Virus record (IMG/VR): IMGVR_UViG_3300048851_000199 | Span: 1-41,178 of that record | Origin: a virus | Taxonomy: Duplodnaviria > Caudoviricetes | Direction: 5' to 3' (one strand) | DNA length: 41,178 nt | Shown: one piece after another, positions 24,658-33,242 of the stretch | Layout of the letters: every line of letters starts with the position of its first letter | How positions within the stretch are numbered: position 1 is the first letter of the stretch | Made by a program: the position numbers and the translations under genes | The notes under the pieces: model-generated | The model's input: the letters and a program-made list of their open reading frames with translations, nothing else | Database searches by the model: none | What the model was told of the DNA's origin: nothing

Positions 24658-26900
24658 CCCAGCGCAAATATCTGCCCGGCTTCGTCGCCGGCGAGATCGA
24701 CCCGCTGATGCACGGCCGGATCGAAACCGACCAGTACGGCTATGGCCTGGAGCGGTGCGAGAACTTCGTCGCGGTGAACGAAGGGCCGCTCGTGAAGCGA
24801 CCGGGCTTCGAGTACGTCTGCGAGGCGGACGGGGTTTCGACCTGGCTGACCGCGTTCCGCTTTTCGATCGAGCAGGAATACGCGATCGAGTGGAGCGAGC
24901 AAAAGGCGCGCTTCTACACCAACGGCGGCCGCATCGAGACGGCGCCAGGCGTAGCCTACGAGCTGGCGCTGCCGTACGCCGCGGGCGCCGCTCCGCGCCT
25001 TTCAACCCAGCAGAGCTACGATCGGCTCTACATCGACAGCACGGGCTACAAGCCCGGTTATATCGCGCGCACCGGGCCGGTGACCTTCTCCTATGGCGAG
25101 CTGGTCCTGGAGAACGGGCCGTTCGCCGATCAGAACACCGACCAGGCGGTGAGCGTCACGGCGAGTGGAACCACGGGGGCGATCACGCTGACCGCCACCG
25201 CGGCGTTGTTCCGATCGGGACATGTGGGATCGCTGTTCCAGGTCGAGGCGAAAGACTTCTCCACGATCAAGTCCTGGGCCGCCGGCATGAAGGACGTCGC
25301 GGCCGGCGAGATCGTGCGCAGCGAAGGCAAGGCATACACCGCGCTGACGGGCGGAACGACGGGCGCGAATGCCCCGATCCACACCGACGGCGCCGAATGG
25401 GACGGCCAGGGCAAGAAGGACATCAACGATGATGGTCCGTACGGCGTCCAGTGGCAGTACCGCCACGACAAGTTCGGGATCGCGCGGATTTCGGCCGCAG
25501 CCGGCAACGGGCTTTCGGCGAGCGCGCAAGTCGTGCGGCGGCTGCCCGACCAGCTGACCACCGTGCCGAGCTGGCGCTGGCGCTATGCTGCGTTCTCGGC
25601 AGATGCAGGATGGCCGAGCCATGTCATCCACGCGTTCGGGCGGCAGCTCCACTTTAAGGGGCTGGACGTGGTCGCCAGCGTCGTCAACGACTACGGCGGC
25701 GGCCGCGCCAACTTCGCGACGTTCACGAGCTCGGGCACGCTCGCAGCCGATCTGGCCTTCCGCCGCACGATGGACGCGGACAATCCGCCGCTTTGGGTCG
25801 CCTCCGACAATCGGGGCGTTCTGCTGGGCACCGCGACGGTCGAAGTGGCGATCGCGCCGACGAACAGCCAGGCGGCGCTCTCCAGCGACAACATCAGCGC
25901 CAAGAAACAGAGCAGCTACGGGAGCGAGGCGGTGCCGCCGGTCCAGATGGGCACCGACACCGTGTTCGTCGAGCGCGGCGGCCGGCGGTTGCGTGCGGCG
26001 GACTACGACTTCGGTTCCGACCGCTATGCGCCGGTCGACCTGACCGCCGCGGCGCGGCACGTGACGCGCGGCGAGGTGGTGCAGCTGGCATTGCAGCGGC
26101 TGCCGTACGCGGTTCTCTACGGCGTGCGCGGCGACGGGCAGCTGATCGTGCACGCCGCCACGAAGCTGGCGATGAAGGGCTTTTCGCGCGTGGTGCTCGG
26201 CGGCGGCGCGCGCGCTCTCTCGGCCGTGTCGATCGTCGGCGCCGATGGCAAGTCCGACGAGTTGTGGCTGCTGGTCGAGCGCCCCCAGGGCGGCGGCTCG
26301 CGGCGCGAGATCTGGCGCCAGTCGGCATGGCGCGAGCTGGGCGATGATGGGCGGCAGGCGTTCTTCGTCGACTGCGGCGCCGCGTTCACGGCCGCGCCAG
26401 GCCAGACCGAGTTCCACGGGTTCACGCACCTGGCCGGCCAGGCGGTCGCGGTCCTGGCGAACGGCGGCGTGGTGCCCAGCGTGACGGTCGACGATGCGGG
26501 CAGTTTCGTGCTGCCGGCGACCTCGGTGCCGGCCTTCGCCTATTCGATCGTCGTGGGGCTCCCGTTCACGGCCGAAGCGATTACCCTGCGCCCGAACGTC
26601 GACACGCGCGCAGGGCCCTCGGTGGGCCTGATGCAGCGCGCCCGCAAGGTTGCCCTGCGGCTGCTCGAGACGATGGGCCTGCGCGTCGGCGGGCCGGACG
26701 GCGAGCTCGAGGAAGTGATCGACCGGCCGACTTCGGCGAAGATGGACGCCGCCATTCCGCTGTTCACGGGCGATACGGACGGCGCCGTCGACGTCGAGAC
26801 GTCGGCGGACGGCCGGGTGCGCTGGGTCTCGTCCGATCCGCTGCCAGCGATCATCAACTCGGCAATGCTGACCCTGGAACTGGACGAGCGGGGTGCTTGA
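24651..26900 (+). CDS. Tail tubular protein B (nozzle)
   Basis: FVAGEIDPLMHGR...CENF...GPLVKRPG; 749 aa, beta-rich. Confidence 0.9.
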   Translation: MVAQRKYLPGFVAGEIDPLMHGRIETDQYGYGLERCENFVAVNEGPLVKRPGFEYVCEADGVSTWLTAFRFSIEQEYAIEWSEQKARFYTNGGRIETAPGVAYELALPYAAGAAPRLSTQQSYDRLYIDSTGYKPGYIARTGPVTFSYGELVLENGPFADQNTDQAVSVTASGTTGAITLTATAALFRSGHVGSLFQVEAKDFSTIKSWAAGMKDVAAGEIVRSEGKAYTALTGGTTGANAPIHTDGAEWDGQGKKDINDDGPYGVQWQYRHDKFGIARISAAAGNGLSASAQVVRRLPDQLTTVPSWRWRYAAFSADAGWPSHVIHAFGRQLHFKGLDVVASVVNDYGGGRANFATFTSSGTLAADLAFRRTMDADNPPLWVASDNRGVLLGTATVEVAIAPTNSQAALSSDNISAKKQSSYGSEAVPPVQMGTDTVFVERGGRRLRAADYDFGSDRYAPVDLTAAARHVTRGEVVQLALQRLPYAVLYGVRGDGQLIVHAATKLAMKGFSRVVLGGGARALSAVSIVGADGKSDELWLLVERPQGGGSRREIWRQSAWRELGDDGRQAFFVDCGAAFTAAPGQTEFHGFTHLAGQAVAVLANGGVVPSVTVDDAGSFVLPATSVPAFAYSIVVGLPFTAEAITLRPNVDTRAGPSVGLMQRARKVALRLLETMGLRVGGPDGELEEVIDRPTSAKMDAAIPLFTGDTDGAVDVETSADGRVRWVSSDPLPAIINSAMLTLELDERGA

Positions 26901-27435
26901 CCGCTGCTCCCCCGTCCGCTTCGAGCGGCTCCGGCCCGAGGACTTCGCGGCGATCGAGCGCCAGCCCTCGCAGGAGCGGCTGCTGGGGGCTGACATCGAT
27001 GCGGTGACGGTCGAGGAGGCGGAGGCCCTGGCCTCGCAGCCGGTGGCCTGGACGGCGTTCCACCAGGGGCGGATCGCGGCGCTGTTCGGGATCGCCGAGC
27101 AATTCCCCGGCAAGCACGGGGTCGCCTGGTCGATCTTAGCCCGCGGTATCGGCACGGCGCATCTGGCGGTGACACGCCGCGCGCGTGTGGCGCTCGAGGG
27201 CTGCGGGCTCAACCGGGTCGAACTGATTGCCCGCGCCGCTCAGACGCCGTTCCTATTGCGCAACCCGCATGTGACGGATTGCCGCTCGGACCTTCCCTGG
27301 GCGGTCGATCGCTCCCGTATCTCGCCGGAGTGCCGCTGGGCTGCCGCCTTGGGCTTCACGCCGGCGCACGTGCTGCATGGTTACGGCGCCAAGTGCGAGA
27401 CGCACGTGCTGTATGAGTGGTTCGGGCGTGTCTGA
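26893..27435 (+). CDS. GNAT-fold-like protein (T7 gp13-like position)
   Basis: GRIAALFGI...GVAWSIL...RWAAALGF; lies between the nozzle and ejection proteins. Confidence 0.65.
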   Translation: MLDRCSPVRFERLRPEDFAAIERQPSQERLLGADIDAVTVEEAEALASQPVAWTAFHQGRIAALFGIAEQFPGKHGVAWSILARGIGTAHLAVTRRARVALEGCGLNRVELIARAAQTPFLLRNPHVTDCRSDLPWAVDRSRISPECRWAAALGFTPAHVLHGYGAKCETHVLYEWFGRV

Positions 27436-27919
27436 GGTCGCGGGCATGGCCGCCAACCTGGTCAAAGGCATCGGCGGATTTGTCGCGAGCCGCCAGCAGT
27501 CCAAGGCGCTCAAGAGCCAGGCGCGCGAGGAAGAGAACGCCGGCTCGGCGCAGGCGCTGCGCATCCGCGAGCAGGCGCGCGAGGCGATCGGCGACCAGCT
27601 TGCAGGCCAGGCCAGCAACGGCTTCCTGGGGGGCTCCGGGACCGCGCTCGACAGTGTGCTCGAAAGCCAGACCAATGCCGCTCTGGACGCGATGACCGTG
27701 CAGCGCGACGCGGCGATGAAGGCGCGCTCGCTGCGCGCCGAAGCCAAGATGAAGCGTACCGAGGGGTATTTCTCACTGGCGTCCGGCATGCTGGGCGCGG
27801 CGAGCTCGGTATCGGGCATGCGGGACGACTGGGCGCAGGCGCGTCGCGGCTCCACGCCCGCATCCAGCGGCGGCGGCGGCGACATCACCATCACTCGCGG
27901 CGGAGGCGTCGGGTTCTGA
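27428..27919 (+). CDS. Small internal virion/ejection protein (gp14-like)
   Basis: Ala/Gly/Gln-rich; AGQASNGF...SGTALD motif. Confidence 0.8.
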   Translation: MSEVAGMAANLVKGIGGFVASRQQSKALKSQAREEENAGSAQALRIREQAREAIGDQLAGQASNGFLGGSGTALDSVLESQTNAALDAMTVQRDAAMKARSLRAEAKMKRTEGYFSLASGMLGAASSVSGMRDDWAQARRGSTPASSGGGGDITITRGGGVGF

Positions 27920-29889
27920 TGGCGGGCGAGCAGGGATACACCACGCGGGTCATGCCGCAGGCCGGTGCCGCAATGCCCCTGGCGAGTGCGCGCACGTATG
28001 GTGCGGAGCTGGCGGACACCGTCGGCCAGGTCGCGCAGGACGTGCACCAGCGTCAGATCCGGTCGTATCAGCTGGATCGGCGAGTGACGGCTGACCGTGA
28101 AGCCGCCGACTTCGCGCACAAGTTCGCTCTGCAGCGCCAGAACATGGATGACGTGGTGCAGCAGCTGCGCGCCAATCCAACCCGGCCGGATTATGGCGAA
28201 CACGTCAACCAGGCGATGCAGACGTTCAATGCGTCGCGCGACGGGCTGCTCGCCGGCATCTCGGACGACCAGGTCCGCCAGCGCGCATCCGAGCAGCTCG
28301 ACAGCTTCGCGGACCAGTTGCACGGAAGCGAGGCCACGTTCGCCGCCGGGCAGCAGGTCGCCAAGACGGTGATGGATGTCCGCGAGGCTGCCCGCATCGG
28401 TGCCAACCGGGTGCGCCAGAGCGGGGATCCTGACAGCTTCGGGCAGGAGCTCGGCCAGTTCTACTCGATGGTCAACGGGATGGCCGGTCTAACACCAGTC
28501 CAGCGCCAGCAGCTGCGGCAGGAAGGCGAGCAGGATTATGGGGTCGCCTTCGGCAACCGCCTGATCGACACCAACCCCCACGGCGCCGTCGCGCTGATCG
28601 ATGCCGGTTCGCTGAACGGCTTCCTGAAGCCAGAGCAAGTCGACGCGCTGCGCAATGGCGCGCAGGTGGAGATCCGGCGCTCGGACGCTGCGGCGGAGCA
28701 CGCCCTGGCGCTGGCCGCAGCGCAGACGCGCGAGCAGATCGCGACCGTCAAGGAACAGTCCAAGCAGGGCATCGACGTGTCCGGCCAGCTGCCGGACCTG
28801 ATCGGCGCGGCGCAGAAGCTGGGCGATACATCGACCGTCGTCGAGCTGCAGGGCATGGCGCGCGACAGCGTGTTCGCGAAGGTCTGGGGCGCATCGCCGC
28901 CGCTGGCGCGCGAGCATCGCATCGCGGCGTTGCAGGCGAAGCCGGCGGGCGAGCGCAGCCAGGATGAGCAGACGGAGCTCAAGTGGCTGGTCGACAAGAA
29001 GGGTTCGCTGGACAGCAAGTTCAACTCCGACCCGGTCGGTTTCGCGCTCTCCAATGCTCCGGGAGGCATGGGGCCGCCGCCGATCGAGACGTGGAGCCCC
29101 GATGAACTCGCGGCTCGCGCCAAGTGGGTGGCCGGAGCGCGTGAGGTATACGGCACCATGCCGCCGCTCACCAAGGCAGAGGCAACATCACTTAGTCAGC
29201 GCGCTGTAGAGAGCGACAAGGGCTACAACCAAGCCCTCGACCTTGTCGGCCGCTTCCCAGGCCGAATGGCGGGCTCGGCGGCCCGCCAGGTGTTCCCGAG
29301 CGATCCCTACGCGCAGCAACTCGCCGTGCTGTCGCCTCAGTACCGCAAGCTGGCGATCGATGGGCGCGAGGCGCTCAAAGCCAATCCGAAGCTTAAGACC
29401 ATCGCTAGCGATCGCGATAAGGATGACGTGGCTGAGTTGGTCAGTGGCTTCCACCAGGCGCTTGCTGCCGTTCCGTCCGCACAGCGTACCGCCATCCTGG
29501 GCGTGGCCGGAAACATAGCCGCGAGCGCGCTCGAGGGCAACGGCGGCAGCGGTGGCGAAATGAACAGGCGCCTGTACGCCGCGGCACTCGACCGTGCCTT
29601 GGGCGCGACGGGCGAGGGAGCACAGAAGCGGGGCGGGCTCGGCAGCTGGGCGGGACGTCCGTTCCTCGTACCGGACGCGATGACGCAGATCGAGTTCGGC
29701 AACACGCTCGGGCGCTTCATCAAGACCCATCCGGCCAAGGCCCCGGTCAATCCGGACGGGTCGCCAATCGAGATCCGCAAGATGCTGCCGATCGCGCAGG
29801 GCGGCGGCCTTTATCGCTTCTACGTCGGCGAGCGCGTGGTGACGAACCGCGACGGCAAACCCTTCGAGTTCCGGGCGGCACCGCAATGA
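27919..29889 (+). CDS. Internal virion/ejection protein
   Basis: 656 aa, helical and Ala/Gln-rich, no Cys; TGATG coupling; position in the operon. Confidence 0.75.
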   Translation: MAGEQGYTTRVMPQAGAAMPLASARTYGAELADTVGQVAQDVHQRQIRSYQLDRRVTADREAADFAHKFALQRQNMDDVVQQLRANPTRPDYGEHVNQAMQTFNASRDGLLAGISDDQVRQRASEQLDSFADQLHGSEATFAAGQQVAKTVMDVREAARIGANRVRQSGDPDSFGQELGQFYSMVNGMAGLTPVQRQQLRQEGEQDYGVAFGNRLIDTNPHGAVALIDAGSLNGFLKPEQVDALRNGAQVEIRRSDAAAEHALALAAAQTREQIATVKEQSKQGIDVSGQLPDLIGAAQKLGDTSTVVELQGMARDSVFAKVWGASPPLAREHRIAALQAKPAGERSQDEQTELKWLVDKKGSLDSKFNSDPVGFALSNAPGGMGPPPIETWSPDELAARAKWVAGAREVYGTMPPLTKAEATSLSQRAVESDKGYNQALDLVGRFPGRMAGSAARQVFPSDPYAQQLAVLSPQYRKLAIDGREALKANPKLKTIASDRDKDDVAELVSGFHQALAAVPSAQRTAILGVAGNIAASALEGNGGSGGEMNRRLYAAALDRALGATGEGAQKRGGLGSWAGRPFLVPDAMTQIEFGNTLGRFIKTHPAKAPVNPDGSPIEIRKMLPIAQGGGLYRFYVGERVVTNRDGKPFEFRAAPQ

Positions 29890-32800
29890 GCGTCCAGGAC
29901 AGCCTCGAGTTCGACCCTGGCCGCGTCCCGACGCGCGGCCCTGCCGACACGCGCGAGGCTCCCGGTCTCTTCTCGTTCAACTGGGACGCGACGAAAGCCT
30001 CCGTCGAGCAGGCGTTCAACGACGTCCCCGGACGCGCGGCCGACAATCGTGACGCGCACCTGATCGCGGCCGCTGAGGAGCTCGCGCGGGCAACGGGCCG
30101 GCGGCCCGAGACCTACTATATGCCCTTGTTGGGTGAGCCCGCGTCGGGGCTCCCGGCGGTAGACGAGCGGACGTTCTGGCGCGATCTCGCCGACGCGCGC
30201 CGCTCGCGTCCGGACTTGCTCGCGGATCTCGGAAAGGACAGCGCCGACTTCGACAAGCGCCTGCAGAGCCAAGGCCAGGCCGAGATGGAGGCCCGTTCGG
30301 CGCGAATGTCGAAAGGCGGTCTGGTGGGCAACCTGGCCGGTGGCATTGTCGGCTCCTTCACGGACCCGATCAACGTCGCGACTTTGCCGATCGGTGGCGG
30401 CGGGCGGAGCGTGGCGGCCCAGATCATCCGGGAGGGATTGCTCAACGCGGGCGTGGAAGTGGCGGAGCTGCCGTTCACCGCGATCGAGCGCAATATTGCC
30501 ACCGGCGGGACCATGTCGGCGAAGGAAGCGGCCCTCAACGTCGGAGCTGCCGGGCTCGGCGGCGCGGCCTTCGCGGCGGCGGGTCATTCCGGGGCCGCCG
30601 CGCTCGAGGCGATCTGGAAGCGGATCCCGATGGAGACAAAGGCGGCCATGGCGATGCGCGCGCATACGCCTGACTGGGCGCTCACGCCGGAGCAGGCGGC
30701 CGCGCTGCACGTCACCTCGCGCGGCGGCGAGATCGATGCCAGCAATCCGTTTCCGCACAGCTACGAGGGCCTCGAGGCGCATGCGCGCCGCATGGATGAG
30801 GTGCTGGGCTCGATGGCCCGCGCGCCCGAGCCGCGGCCGGTTGCGCCGCTGGTGTCGCCGCGCGCCGCCAGTGGGCCGGCCCCCGATTTCGATAGTGCCT
30901 GGCGGGCGATCATCGGCAACGAGGGCGGAACGAACCGGGACGGATCATTCCGTACGAGCCCGGCGGGAGCGATCGGCCCTGCCCAGGTGATGCCGGGGAC
31001 CGCTCCCGAGGCCGCCCGGCTAGCCGGTCTGCCGTTCGACGAACATCGTTACCGCACCGACCACGCCTACAACGATGCGCTCGGCCGCGCCTACTACGGC
31101 GAGATGCTGCGCCAGTTCGGCGGCGACCCGGTCAAGGCCGCGGCCGCGTACAACGCTGGGCCCGGCAGCGCACGGCGCGGCACCGGCGTGCGCGGCGCGA
31201 TGATGCGGGCGGAGCGCGCCGGTACCCCCGGTGAGTGGGCTTCGTTCCTGCCGGCAGAAACGCGCGGCTATGTCGCGAACTTCCGCCGCCGCACGGGCAT
31301 CGACGGCGGCGCTTACACCGAGATCCGCGCCGCGCAGCCCGACGTCGATCTGCCGCCGGTGCGGCCCGACGCGCTCGACGCGGTGCGGCCGTCGGTCGCC
31401 GCCGGCGGGCGCGAGGTGCCGATCGGGCAGTTCCGCCCCGACGAAATCGGCGTCGACGCGCCACTGATGCAGTTCAAGGCCGGCGGGGACGTCCACGGGG
31501 TGACCGATCGCCTTCGCGGCGTCGAGCAGTGGGATCCGATCGCCGCCGGCATGGTGACGGTATGGGAAGGCGCGGATGGCCGCAGGCTGATCGCGGACGG
31601 GCACCAGCGGCTTGGCCTGGCGAACCGCATCGCGGCGGCCGATCCGACGCAGGATGTCCGGCTCAATGCCATGGTCCTGCGCGAGGCGGACGGTTTCACG
31701 GCCCGCGACGCGCGCGTGCTGACTGCGCTCAAGAACATCGGTGAGGGCACCGGCACCGCCACCGACGCGGGCAAGGTGTTCCGCGATGTCGGGATCGATC
31801 CGGACGTGCTGCGCCGCTTGCCGCCGCGGTCGGCGCTGGTGCGCGATGGCAAATCGTTGGCGCGCTTGTCGGACGAGGCGTTCGGCGCGGTGATTAACGA
31901 CGTCGTTCCAGAAAGCTACGGCGCCGCGATCGGCGAGTTCGCGCCGGATCCCGCCACGCATTCCGCGCTGGTCGACGTGCTGGCGACGGCCGCGCCGGCG
32001 AACCGCCGCCAGGCCGACGCGATCGTGCGCCAGGCGGTGCACGACGGCTTTACCCGCGAGCACCAGGATGAACTGTTCGGCACGCGCGAGCTGGTGCGCG
32101 GCCTTTACGCCCAGCGCGCCAAGGTGCTCGACCGCACGCTCGCCGAGCTGCGCAAGCTCAAGGGCGCGTTCGGTGTCGCGGCGCGCCACGCCGACGCGCT
32201 CGACGCCGCCGGCAACCATATCGACGTCTCGGCCAGCGAGGCGGCCGCCCTGGCGAACGCGCGCGCGCTTGATCTGGTCGATGGTTTGGCGTTATCCAAG
32301 GGGAATGCCGTCAATGCCGCTATCACCCATGCCGCAGAACGGCTCGCAGCCGGCGAGCCGCTCGCCGGCGTCGTCCGCGACACCGTCACCCAGCTCCGCG
32401 AGCTCGACCTCGAGCGCGCCCTCCGAAACGTCGATGAGCATGGATCGGTTCACGGATCTGGCGAGCCTGGCATCGGCGATGGCGGACGCGGACGCGATGG
32501 CGAGCCTGACGGCGAAGTTCTCGAAGGTGCTGCCGACCTAACACCCGCCACGCTGGACGAGCTCGAGGCTGCCGGGCAGCTCGGGTTCTTCGGCGCTGAT
32601 GAGACCGCGGGGAAGGCCTTCGACGATCCGGCCGGGGACGGGATCGCCAAGGCCGCCGATGACGCCTGGCACGATATCGAAGCGCAAATCCTCAGCGGCC
32701 CGGCCCTGCCGCCGGTGCCGCAGGATCATGTGCGTATGTGGCACGGCGGGGGCGCCGGCACCGAAGCAAAGGCCGCCGGCGATGGCGCACGGTGGTTCTC

Positions 32801-33242
32801 GACCAACCGCGAATATGCCGCGAACTACGGCAACGATGCAGGTGATAAGTCCCTGTTTTACGTCGATGTGCCAGTAAATCACTCGCTGCTCCAACCGTTT
32901 AACATCGACGAGTTCAATAATGTAACACGCCTTACTGCTAACGTGGAATTGCCCGAGGCAGATGCGCTGCGAATGCGCCCCGTGCCCGAGCAGCGGCGCG
33001 CGGACCCCAACCTCGCCGATCGCCAGCGCCAGGAGGCGCAGCTGCGCGCCGATGCTCCGCTGCGCGGGGAGAACGCCACCGGCACGCCGCAGGACGGCAG
33101 CATGGGCCTGCCGATGTTCGACGCGGCCGACCAGCGCACCTTCGACCTCGGCGATGGCAGGGGCGAGCGCACGCTCGCCGACATTCGCGAGGAGCTCGCC
33201 AACGACGAAAGCGCGATCGCGACGTTGGAGGGCTGCCTGTGA
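29886..33242 (+). CDS. Large ejection protein with lytic transglycosylase, ParB-like and ART-like domains
   Basis: SLT: IIGNEGG, GAIGPAQVMPGTA, AAAYNAGPG, ETRGYV. ParB-like: VTVWE...LIADGHQRL. ART-like: VRMWHG...WFSTNREYAANY...LFYVDV. Confidence 0.85.
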   Translation: MSVQDSLEFDPGRVPTRGPADTREAPGLFSFNWDATKASVEQAFNDVPGRAADNRDAHLIAAAEELARATGRRPETYYMPLLGEPASGLPAVDERTFWRDLADARRSRPDLLADLGKDSADFDKRLQSQGQAEMEARSARMSKGGLVGNLAGGIVGSFTDPINVATLPIGGGGRSVAAQIIREGLLNAGVEVAELPFTAIERNIATGGTMSAKEAALNVGAAGLGGAAFAAAGHSGAAALEAIWKRIPMETKAAMAMRAHTPDWALTPEQAAALHVTSRGGEIDASNPFPHSYEGLEAHARRMDEVLGSMARAPEPRPVAPLVSPRAASGPAPDFDSAWRAIIGNEGGTNRDGSFRTSPAGAIGPAQVMPGTAPEAARLAGLPFDEHRYRTDHAYNDALGRAYYGEMLRQFGGDPVKAAAAYNAGPGSARRGTGVRGAMMRAERAGTPGEWASFLPAETRGYVANFRRRTGIDGGAYTEIRAAQPDVDLPPVRPDALDAVRPSVAAGGREVPIGQFRPDEIGVDAPLMQFKAGGDVHGVTDRLRGVEQWDPIAAGMVTVWEGADGRRLIADGHQRLGLANRIAAADPTQDVRLNAMVLREADGFTARDARVLTALKNIGEGTGTATDAGKVFRDVGIDPDVLRRLPPRSALVRDGKSLARLSDEAFGAVINDVVPESYGAAIGEFAPDPATHSALVDVLATAAPANRRQADAIVRQAVHDGFTREHQDELFGTRELVRGLYAQRAKVLDRTLAELRKLKGAFGVAARHADALDAAGNHIDVSASEAAALANARALDLVDGLALSKGNAVNAAITHAAERLAAGEPLAGVVRDTVTQLRELDLERALRNVDEHGSVHGSGEPGIGDGGRGRDGEPDGEVLEGAADLTPATLDELEAAGQLGFFGADETAGKAFDDPAGDGIAKAADDAWHDIEAQILSGPALPPVPQDHVRMWHGGGAGTEAKAAGDGARWFSTNREYAANYGNDAGDKSLFYVDVPVNHSLLQPFNIDEFNNVTRLTANVELPEADALRMRPVPEQRRADPNLADRQRQEAQLRADAPLRGENATGTPQDGSMGLPMFDAADQRTFDLGDGRGERTLADIREELANDESAIATLEGCL

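Noticed and set aside
25002-27212. Long antisense ORFs (also 22246-24009, 16407-17741, 11237-12763, 9677-10987, 36472-37863)
   Set aside because: Shadow frames of high-GC3 genes on the opposite strand; translations lack motifs
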